Position numbers and translations under genes: made by a program. From contig JAPPNJ010000161.1 in the NCBI GenBank assembly GCA_028818705.1, positions 21,801 through 53,800 of the forward strand: a stretch of DNA of 32,000 nucleotides, in the 5' to 3' direction. The notes under the pieces were generated by a model. The model ran no database searches. It saw only the letters and a list, made by a program, of their open reading frames with translations, and was not told the origin of the DNA. This DNA comes from Candidatus Poribacteria bacterium (GTDB lineage Bacteria > Poribacteria > WGA-4E > WGA-3G). Below, piece by piece: positions 1-7,600 of this stretch (positions are counted from its first letter, which is position 1; every line of letters starts with the position of its first letter).

Positions 1-151
1 ATCCTTTGATTTTTTTTCAAGGATTTTTGATTTTTTGGGTAGGGTTATTTGCAATTAAGGTTTTTTGATGGTATACTTAATATAATTTTCGTTATTTTTT
101 GATTATATTTTAATGAGAAGTATAAGATGTTTTTTGAAACACGTTCAAAAA

Positions 152-171
152 TTTCAGAGTATTTCAGAGTA
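152..171 (+). promoter_or_regulatory. Tandem direct repeat TTTCAGAGTA x2. This is the same 10-mer as the half-site of the palindrome at 262-284.
   Basis: Read directly: atttcagagt atttcagagt a at 151-171. It lies about 140 bp upstream of the 310 CDS. A TTGAAA hexamer at 134-139 could be a -35 box. Confidence 0.45.
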
Positions 172-261
172 AACTGGGAAATTATAGGACTGTGAAGGGA
201 CGTTGAGAACACACGCCACGACTGATGTTGTGTGTGTTTTGTGGTATCTTTATTCAGAACT

Positions 262-284
262 GTACTCTGAAAATTTCAGAGTAC
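262..284. promoter_or_regulatory. Perfect 11-bp-arm inverted repeat GTACTCTGAAA-a-TTTCAGAGTAC. It looks like an operator for a dimeric repressor.
   Basis: Read directly at 262-284. It lies 10 nt upstream of the AGGAGG Shine-Dalgarno (295-300) of the GTG-initiated CDS at 310. Confidence 0.55.
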
Positions 285-309
285 TCAGAAAAATAGGAGG
301 AGAAGATCT

Positions 310-1284
310 GTGGCAAACAAGACGGTTAAAATTACACTGCGGGACGCGCTGTATGGAGAGTTTGAGAGGTCGATGACTAACATTCCGGAAGAGGAATCTG
401 AACTGGTATCGGATTTACAAAAGTTGGGCGGTAGATTGGAAGGTCGCGAGTATGTCCAAGCGTTTATAGCGCGCGTGCAGCGTTATGCGGCGGAGGGTGT
501 AAACCTATCTATTGATGACGATTTTGCGAATATACACGGCAGAAGTTTACTTCAAATTAGAGCAACTATTAGAGAGGTTTTGTGGGGGAATCTCTCGCTT
601 TTTATAACTGATGAGCATCGAAAATTTGTGGTGCGTTGTCATGCGCGAGGCATATCTACTGCTGATGCGGTTTCGGGATTAATTAAGGAGGACGCTGCGA
701 TGGGCCGGTTAGCTGAGGATGATGCGTTGGATGTGAAGTCTCTGCGTAAAGAACTGGTTCACCGTATGGCGTATTTAAAGCCGGGGACAGCTCGGTGGCC
801 TGAGAGGAAGTATGGTGTGGTGTGGCGCGAGGCGCGGGATTCATATAAACAGATGATGCGGGATATTCCGCTAACATCTCCGGGGGAACAGGTTGCGGTG
901 TTAGCGAAACATGTGGATCTAATTAACTCTAAGTTAGAAAATGATGATTATGATGTGAAAGATTTTCAAATGTTGACGGATTCGTTGATGAAAACGATTG
1001 AGAGGCTACAGAAAGTTTCGGCGGTTGAAACGCAGGCATCTGCGAATTTGTCTGCTCCGCAGCTTGTGGCGGTTCTGGAGCGGTTGACGCTTGCACTGGA
1101 CGCGCCTGAACAGCTTGCGATCAGTGGTGACACGGGTGCACTCATCTCAGTTTTGGAGCAGTTGGCAGGTGCGCTGAAGGCTTCTGGAAAACCGAAGGCA
1201 CTCGGTGAGGGGACTGAGGAACTCATGGAGGATGCGGAGGTTGTTTCTGTGGAAGGTGGCGGAGATAGCAGTGAGCCAGCGTGA
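310..1284 (+). CDS. Hypothetical protein. The central part may resemble phage DUF2280 / small-terminase-like HTH proteins.
   Basis: 324-aa ORF with a GTG start preceded by AGGAGG. The segment FVVRCHARGISTADAVSGLIKE...KYGVVWREARDSYKQMMRDIPLTSPGEQVAVLAK resembles, from memory, the DUF2280 pattern. The C-terminus is an acidic, low-complexity tail. Confidence 0.6.
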   Translation: MANKTVKITLRDALYGEFERSMTNIPEEESELVSDLQKLGGRLEGREYVQAFIARVQRYAAEGVNLSIDDDFANIHGRSLLQIRATIREVLWGNLSLFITDEHRKFVVRCHARGISTADAVSGLIKEDAAMGRLAEDDALDVKSLRKELVHRMAYLKPGTARWPERKYGVVWREARDSYKQMMRDIPLTSPGEQVAVLAKHVDLINSKLENDDYDVKDFQMLTDSLMKTIERLQKVSAVETQASANLSAPQLVAVLERLTLALDAPEQLAISGDTGALISVLEQLAGALKASGKPKALGEGTEELMEDAEVVSVEGGGDSSEPA

Positions 1285-1444
1285 ATTTTCTGTATAAAGT
1301 ACTGTGCTTATATATTTTTTCTATCTACTGGGTCATGTGGTTTTTTCTCTCAGAATCGGCGAAAACAGATTTCCACCTTTTTTGTAACTATAGGATTTTC
1401 AGTTTGAAAATTACACACAGAAAGTGGGACAATCTTATTTCAAA

Positions 1445-1858
1445 TCAGAATAGAAGCCGGACAAAGCCAGCCTGCTCAAAGTGATGATCCGTCGTTAGCG
1501 CATCCGTCAAGCCCCGCTGTTCCATGACAACAAAACTCGCACAGTCAACCAGGCTCCACGTCTTATCCAATCTGTTTTCCAGTAACTCCCAGGCTCGGAC
1601 ATCAAGTTGCTCGTCTATATGTACGATTTCGATCTGAGTCTCGGCGCGAATGCTCTGGATATAAGAAACACTCCTCGAACGCGGCACACGCAAACGCTCA
1701 CAAAGGGCAATGAGCTCACCCATCACATAATTTGTCGTGACAACCTGCCGATTTTCTTCTTGCCATTGTGTCATTAAGGCGACAGCCCTCACATGATGGC
1801 GTTCTTGCTCTCGAAAGAAAGAAGCCCATCCAGAGGTATCTGCAAAGACCTCATTCAT
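1445..1858 (-). CDS. vapC: PIN-domain ribonuclease toxin (VapC-like)
   Basis: The product MNEVFADTSGW...TTNYVMGEL...LVDCASFVVMEQRGLTDALTTDHHFEQAGF has typical PIN acidic positions. The preferred ATG is at 1858 and overlaps the upstream antitoxin stop by 8 nt (ATGAATGA). Confidence 0.85.
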   Translation of the reverse strand: MNEVFADTSGWASFFREQERHHVRAVALMTQWQEENRQVVTTNYVMGELIALCERLRVPRSRSVSYIQSIRAETQIEIVHIDEQLDVRAWELLENRLDKTWSLVDCASFVVMEQRGLTDALTTDHHFEQAGFVRLLF

Positions 1859-2129
1859 CCGCACGCCCCCATAGTTCTGCCAGTAACCCATCACCGATCA
1901 ACTCATCGTGGCGATCACTGATGTTTTCTTCCTCACATTCCAACGTCCCTGCCAAGGCAAGGAGTGGAGCCGCCTTATCCGAACTTTTTCGTTTTTCCGA
2001 CTCCTCTTCGGCTTCCCAAAGATCAGAATTCTGAAGAGCAGCGAGATAGTTAAGAGCAGCCTCGAGCTTTTCAGTCGAAAGTTGCTCAATATAATCAATC
2101 GCTTGTTGTTTAAGTTCAACGTTTTTCAT
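1851..2129 (-). CDS. vapB: Antitoxin of the PIN toxin (DUF2281-like N-terminus)
   Basis: 92 aa. The N-terminal LKQQAIDYIEQLSTEKLEAALNYLAALQ fits the DUF2281-type antitoxin pattern. It overlaps the PIN gene. A GGAGGT Shine-Dalgarno precedes the ATG at 2129. Confidence 0.75.
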   Translation of the reverse strand: MKNVELKQQAIDYIEQLSTEKLEAALNYLAALQNSDLWEAEEESEKRKSSDKAAPLLALAGTLECEEENISDRHDELIGDGLLAELWGRADE

Positions 2130-2304
2130 GATACCTCCTTGTCGTCAGGAGCGATGAGATAGTCGTTGTTACAAGCGTAATCCCATAACTCGGTGTCCGT
2201 TGCCGTATTTAACCCTATCATTTTGACATGGGTAGAATTAGGAAACAAGTCCGCCAGCAGCGTCACCAGTTGATCGAATAAGTTCTGATCGAATAGAAGT
2301 TTCA
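2126..2304 (-). pseudogene. DUF5615 (PIN-like/Mut7-C-type) toxin remnant, frameshifted and 3'-truncated
   Basis: ATG at 2304 gives MKLLFDQNYSINW*. One extra base after codon 8 would restore MKLLFDQNLFDQLVTLLADLFPNSTHVKMIGLNTATDTELWDYACNNDYLIAPDD. That matches the family pattern FDxNLSxxLVxxLxxLFPxSxHV...D.EIW.YA. The reading frame stops at about 60 aa, inside the RBS and start of the vapB-like gene. Confidence 0.7.
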
Positions 2305-2540
2305 TCTGTATAAACGACTACCTGCGATTTTTCCTTGTCCGCAGCGTAAGCAAAACAGGCACGAATATCTGTCTCGGTTAACTCAGGAAAATCGTGAAGC
2401 ACTTCCGCGACTGTCATACCTGATGCCAGGTATTCAAAGACATCGTAAACGGTAATCCGCATTCCCCGAATACACGGCTGTCCGCTGCGTTTACCCGGTT
2501 CAATCGTAATAATGTCTTTATAGTCGTTCATGGTATTCAC
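2238..2540 (-). CDS. DUF433 domain protein (antitoxin-like partner of DUF5615)
   Basis: PGKRSGQPCIRGMRITVYDVFEYLASGMTVAEVLHDFPELTETDIRACFAYAA is the DUF433 signature. The 3' end reads through the decayed DUF5615 start, so the last roughly 25 codons may not be native. Confidence 0.8.
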   Translation of the reverse strand: MNTMNDYKDIITIEPGKRSGQPCIRGMRITVYDVFEYLASGMTVAEVLHDFPELTETDIRACFAYAADKEKSQVVVYTDETSIRSELIRSTGDAAGGLVS

Positions 2541-2665
2541 CTCTTCCTACAAATAGTTAAGGAAGTATACCACAACTTGCGTCGGTTATCAACGGTTTTG
2601 AATAGGTTTTTCTAATTGGTGGGATTGAGATGCGTGGTTTTGTGAAGATAATGGATTTCTCTATT

Positions 2666-2709
2666 GTCAGAATCGCAAATTATCGTGGATACCGCAGATT
2701 TCGCGGATT
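2666..2709 (+). repeat. 44-bp interspersed repeat, copy A (GTCAGAATCGC...CAGATTTCGCGGATT)
   Basis: By hand alignment it matches copy B at about 37/44 positions. It contains the CGCGGATT core. Confidence 0.6.
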
Positions 2710-2808
2710 TTGTCCTTCGCACATCCAAAATCTTCTTTCACAAAACAGTATCAATAGTTGATTACACGGCTTGAAGGGAACAACTTCGGAGGGCTGCGTT
2801 GTAGGTTC

Positions 2809-2852
2809 GTCAGAATCGCGGATTTTCGCGGATTACACAGATTTCGCGGATT
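2809..2852 (+). repeat. 44-bp interspersed repeat, copy B, with three CGCGGATT cores
   Basis: gtcagaatcgcggattttcgcggattacacagatttcgcggatt, read directly. A shorter related copy (tcagaatcg...cagatttc) lies at about 1350-1373. Confidence 0.6.
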
Positions 2853-2904
2853 GGGAATTTGTAACATCAAGTTATCTGCTAAGAGGATAGTTTTTTGTTT
2901 TATG

Positions 2905-4629
2905 CTATGCCTGCGGGGGTGTTAGCAGGGCGGCGATGTCTGCTCGTAACCGAATATTCATCATCTGCTCAAAGTTGTCAACGCCACCAAAATCTCGATT
3001 AAATAATGCAGAAATGTCTAATCCCAAAGATATGCTAACCGTTAAATCTGCTTTGGCTTTTTCCCATTCGTTTTGGTGTAACCAAATTTGTGTCGCACGT
3101 ATGTAATAGGTGATGGCATCATTAGGCCAAAGTTGTATAACTTTGCTAAAGTCAGGAACAGCTAAGTCCGCTTTTCCAATAAAGAGGGAAGCAATCCCTC
3201 GATTTTTATACGCTTTTGCCAAATCATTATCGATCTCAATAGCTTTAGTATAGTCTTGGATAGCAAGATCAACAGAGCCCACTTCAAAGCGGGCTCTACC
3301 AAGATTATAATAAGCTTCAGCATAATCAGTTTTGAATTGGGTTGCACTTTTGAAATCTTTGATAGCAGCCTCAAAATTACCTATATTAGTGTATGCAATA
3401 CCTCGATTGTAATAAGCTGTAGGATAATTTTTTTTAAGTTGAATAGCCACATCATAATCATCAATTGCGCGGTTATATTCTCTCCTTCCAACGTAAACAT
3501 TGCCTCGTTGATTGTAGGCTTCAGCACATTCTTTGTCCAATTTTATTGCTGCATCACAATCTCTTATTGCAAGGTTGTACTCACCTTTGTTACAGTAAGC
3601 TCCGGCACGATTGTAGTAAGCTTGGACGTAGTCATCCTTGAGACGAATTGCTATGTTTAAATCCTCAATAGCACGATCTGCCTCACCTTTTTTGTTGTAG
3701 GCAGCACCACGATTACTATAGGCTTCAGCAAAATCTTGATCAAGTTCTATGGCTTTGTTAAAATCTTGAATAGCCTTGTCGATCTCGTCTTTTTCACTAT
3801 AAGCATAGCCTCGGTTATTATAGGCGTGGGGAAAGTCTCGTTTGAGTTGTATAGCTTTGTCAAGATCTTTGATTGCGCGTTCAATCTCGCCTTTTTCAAC
3901 GTAAGTATAACCGCGATTGTTATAGGCATTAGCAAAATCTGGATTGATTTTAAGTGCTGAGAAATAGTCTTTGATTGCAAGGCCAAATTCACCTTTTTCA
4001 CCGTAGGCAACACCGCGATTGGTATATGCTGCGGCATTATTGGGACTGAGTTCAATTGCCCGCGAGTAAGCTTTTAACGCTTCGTCTATTTGACCCAAAA
4101 TCATCATGAAGTTCCCTCGGTGGAATGCCAAGAAAGCAAGTGTTTCTATTTCCTCGGGTGTTACACTGGGTGAGGGCTTTGCTTGAGATTGCATTTCGTT
4201 TACAATCTTTCGGATGCCCTCTACCACACTCATCCACCCTTTACTCTCAGGGTTCCATTCGCTAATATCGTAAATTGGCTTGCCTTTTTCGGGAAGAGCT
4301 TGAAAGTCGCTAAGTTGATGATTTTGCCAATCGCAGTGTTCAAGGATAATCGGAATCACCCTTATGTTTGGATTTAAGGCAGCAGTCAACTCTTTATTGC
4401 AATTTTCGGAAGCAAGACTATACGGACAAGTAAGGTAGAGTAGAATATCTGAATCGGCAAGATTGTTGAAAATCGCATCCCGCCATTTATCACCCGGTAG
4501 AATTTCGTTGTCGTGCCAGACATCAATTAATCCGTTTTGCTTCAGGACAGCAAGGTAGGTTTTCAATTTATCCTTTGCTTCTGAATTTTTATGTGCATAG
4601 GTAATGAAAATCTTTAGCCATTTATTCAC
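2905..4629 (-). CDS. TIR domain protein with about 11 C-terminal TPR repeats
   Basis: The N-terminus FITYAHKNSEAKDKL...VWHDNEILPGDKW...ILLYLTCPYSLASENCNKELTAAL fits the TIR_2 pattern, including the conserved Glu (E80, codon 4390-4392). It is followed by regular 34-aa units (AYxNRGxAYxxKGExDxAIxDxxKAIxL). GTG start with GGAGGG 8 nt upstream. Confidence 0.85.
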   Translation of the reverse strand: MNKWLKIFITYAHKNSEAKDKLKTYLAVLKQNGLIDVWHDNEILPGDKWRDAIFNNLADSDILLYLTCPYSLASENCNKELTAALNPNIRVIPIILEHCDWQNHQLSDFQALPEKGKPIYDISEWNPESKGWMSVVEGIRKIVNEMQSQAKPSPSVTPEEIETLAFLAFHRGNFMMILGQIDEALKAYSRAIELSPNNAAAYTNRGVAYGEKGEFGLAIKDYFSALKINPDFANAYNNRGYTYVEKGEIERAIKDLDKAIQLKRDFPHAYNNRGYAYSEKDEIDKAIQDFNKAIELDQDFAEAYSNRGAAYNKKGEADRAIEDLNIAIRLKDDYVQAYYNRAGAYCNKGEYNLAIRDCDAAIKLDKECAEAYNQRGNVYVGRREYNRAIDDYDVAIQLKKNYPTAYYNRGIAYTNIGNFEAAIKDFKSATQFKTDYAEAYYNLGRARFEVGSVDLAIQDYTKAIEIDNDLAKAYKNRGIASLFIGKADLAVPDFSKVIQLWPNDAITYYIRATQIWLHQNEWEKAKADLTVSISLGLDISALFNRDFGGVDNFEQMMNIRLRADIAALLTPPQA

Positions 4630-4698
4630 TCTTTTCCCTCCACAATTGCAATCTCATTTTTCGTTAAATTATACAATTCATACACCAGTTTATCAATC

Positions 4699-7600
4699 TC
4701 ATTTTGAAGATTTTGCCCTTGATAGACGGAAATTTACTTGTTCAATCAAGGTGTTTCTGATGTCTTCTAGTCTATCTTGGAAGCCAAAATAATCGGCGAC
4801 TATATCGTCTATGAGCGAGTGTTCGTCTGTGTAAATTTCTTTTGAGACAGGCAATGGTTCTCTATCTTTGAGTGTGTTAAACACCTGTTTTGCTTCCTGC
4901 GCGAAGTCAAAATTAAAATTGACTGGTAACATTTTCATATCGGTCGCTTCTGCTTTCAATAAACCACCACCGAGATTTTTCCTGCCAGTAATTTCTCTGA
5001 ACAACCAGACAAAAGAAGAATTTAGGTAGATCCATAAGCAATAGTGCATATCGGAATTCCAAAGGTCTTCTGGTAGATACAGTTCTACGTGACTATAGGA
5101 AAACGCCCGACACGAGTTAAAAGTACAGTAATGACGCGCACCTATTCCGCGAGGCATAACCAACGCTGGGACCTTATCTTTCCTTCTCTTTCCTAATACA
5201 ACTCTTGTCCTTTTCTCAGCAGAAATAGCAACAAATTGTGCACTTTTAACAATCACAGGTAAGTCGGACTCATCATCGCTTAATTGGCTTAAAGGAAAAT
5301 TCAATCCCTGTCCAAAAGAAATCTTGCCGCTTATACTTAATTTTGAGGTCATCTTTCCTAGTATTTCTCTATAAAATTCGGGCATTGAGAAGATGTGCCC
5401 CCACTTCATCAATTGGTTTGATCTAATCACTTTCTTGTCTCTAATAATTAGGTTAGCATCAACGATACCATACTCCATCTCCTCCACTAATCTTTTGGTA
5501 AAAAGAGTGATAATAGTATTTATATTCTGACTCTCACTATCGGAGAAAAATTTGCTACTACTATCAATAATTTTCAAAAATGAAAATTTGTTGAGTGAAA
5601 ATTGCTGAAACTTGTGTCCATAATCCGTATTAAGCCAAGCGTTTTGTGTAATAAAGCACCCATTACCAGACTTATTCAAAAACTTGGGAGAACGGGCGTA
5701 AAAGTAGATTAACAGGTCACTTCCACGTGGCAAAGATTCTTTCCAATCAGAAACAACTTGTTTTCCATAGGCTACTTTTTGTTCATCTGTAAGCAGACTG
5801 TTCCTAGACTCAACATAAGGAGGATTACCAATTACCACATCAAATCCGTCTGTGAACCTAAACATCCATTCCGGATCAAACCATTCTGATGTTGCATTTT
5901 GGTCGTAAGGTTTCCAATTGGCAATCTTGCGAGCATCTTCAAAACCGACATCAAATTTTGCCTTACGTCTCTTATACTTTTCCTCCTCTTCTTCCCGCAA
6001 TTCCTTACTCTGTTTGAGATTGGGGAACTGCGCAATTTTTCGTTCTATTTCTTGTTGCTCTTTCTCTATCCATTTTGTTCTCAAGACTTCTAATTGTGTT
6101 TTCAAGCGTTCGCGATATTTGTCTTCTTGATCCTCGAGGTCAAGTTTTTGCTGTCGATTATTTGTGAGAAAATACTTTTCTCGAATCGACTCAACCTCTT
6201 CAAGCAATTGCTGCACAGTATCCTCTTGAAATAATTCCCTTGTTTCTGCTATCTCTAAACCTACTAAGGCATCCGCTGCGATAAAGCGCGTTTCCAGATT
6301 CGGCAACGGCTTTATACCGAAATTATTAGCATCTCTATCGGTTTTCTGCTCAATTGCAAGTGAAATGAAAAAACGCAGTTTCGCAATTTGGCACGCTATA
6401 GGTTCGATATCCACACCGAAAATGCTATTTTGGATCAGATATAACTTTCGTCCAAAATCCGAATCACGGTAACGCTCAAAAATATCGCTGATTTCGGTTA
6501 ATTTAGCATCACGTTCCTGCTGGTTTTGAGTGTTAAAAGCCTCTGCTGCTCGTTTTCCAGCAAGATCCTTCTGTAATTGTTCCCATCGACTATTGTCCAT
6601 GTCAAGTCGTTTAAGGGCAAGTGTCAGTTTATGCAGTATGCCCATTGGGAATGCCCCGGAACCAACCGCTGGGTCGAGTATTTTGAGTTCCGAGATTGTT
6701 TTAACAATTGCGTCTGTTTCGCGGTCGTCAAACCATTCGCTTGCATCGTCGAATATCTGGGCGTAATCAAGGAGATAACGGAGGCGTTCCTCCCACAATT
6801 GCGTATCGCCATCGGTTGGACTGCACTTTTGGGAGAGCGTAGCGACTAACGCCTCATCTACCATGTAGTCTACAATTGATCGCAGGGTGTAGTAGGTACC
6901 AGTCCCTTTGCGCGCCGTTTGGGCACGCTCGCGGGTTTGCGGATTATATTCTCCAAGCAGGTGTTCAAACACCCTACCGAGCAGTTCAGGGTCGAGTGCG
7001 ACCTCCTGCTCTATCGGTGTGTTCTCCTCAACGGTGAATTTGTAGTGCTCCAGTAGAGGGATTAATCCTTGCTGTGCATCAAAAAAGAGGCGGTTCGGGA
7101 TGGATAACTTGTGGTACTGTTTATCAGAAAAGCAGTCTATTCTGTAACCGCCTTCTCCTGTTGCACTGAAACTGTCCAGACAATCGAACAAGCCTCCGTT
7201 GATGAAAGGGGTTTGGTCAAAAAGTTCTAACAGTCTATCAGGATCGCGCATCTGTATTTTATAGCGATACCGTGAGAAATTACGATGTTCGTTGCGTGAT
7301 TCTTTGCTAAACTTGCGTTCGTCTATCTCGGTGTTTAGTGTGGCAAAAAAGAGGTTTTGTAGTACGGCGCGATAGTAAGCATCGCCGTTATCAAAGTCGT
7401 CCTCTGCCAATAGGTCTTGGATTTGTGATTTGTTGAACAGCGCATCTGCCACCAGTCCTTTTTCCTTGATAAACCAGATAAAGAGTAGACGTGTGATGAG
7501 CCGTATGACATGCTCTGCCGGTTTTAAGGTGCGGTTTTCGTCTGTTGGGAAGGTTGCTGTTTCTATTGCCCATTCGTACCACGCGAACAGGTTTCTATAG

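Noticed and set aside
1-40. Hairpin ATCCTT-N12-AAGGAT followed by T-runs at the window start, as a possible terminator of an upstream gene
   Set aside because: The stem is only 6 bp with a long U-rich loop, and the upstream gene is outside the window. It cannot be evaluated.
1281-1484. 67-aa ORF downstream of the first gene
   Set aside because: It lies in an AT-rich convergent intergenic region, has no RBS, and gives a hydrophobic low-complexity translation. It also overlaps the vapC 3' end.
2580-2904. CRISPR array or small coding gene in the CGCGGATT repeat region
   Set aside because: Only two or three imperfect copies are present, with no regular repeat-spacer periodicity and no cas genes. 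The 43-codon ORF (MRGFVKIMDFSIVRIANYRGYRRF...) is a by-product of translating the repeat.
3256-3660. Antisense ORFs inside the TIR-TPR gene (3256-3660+, 3736-3960+, 3747-4055-, 3162-3374-)
   Set aside because: These are shadow ORFs in an AT-rich repetitive gene. Their translations are dominated by I/F/S/K/N runs without motifs.
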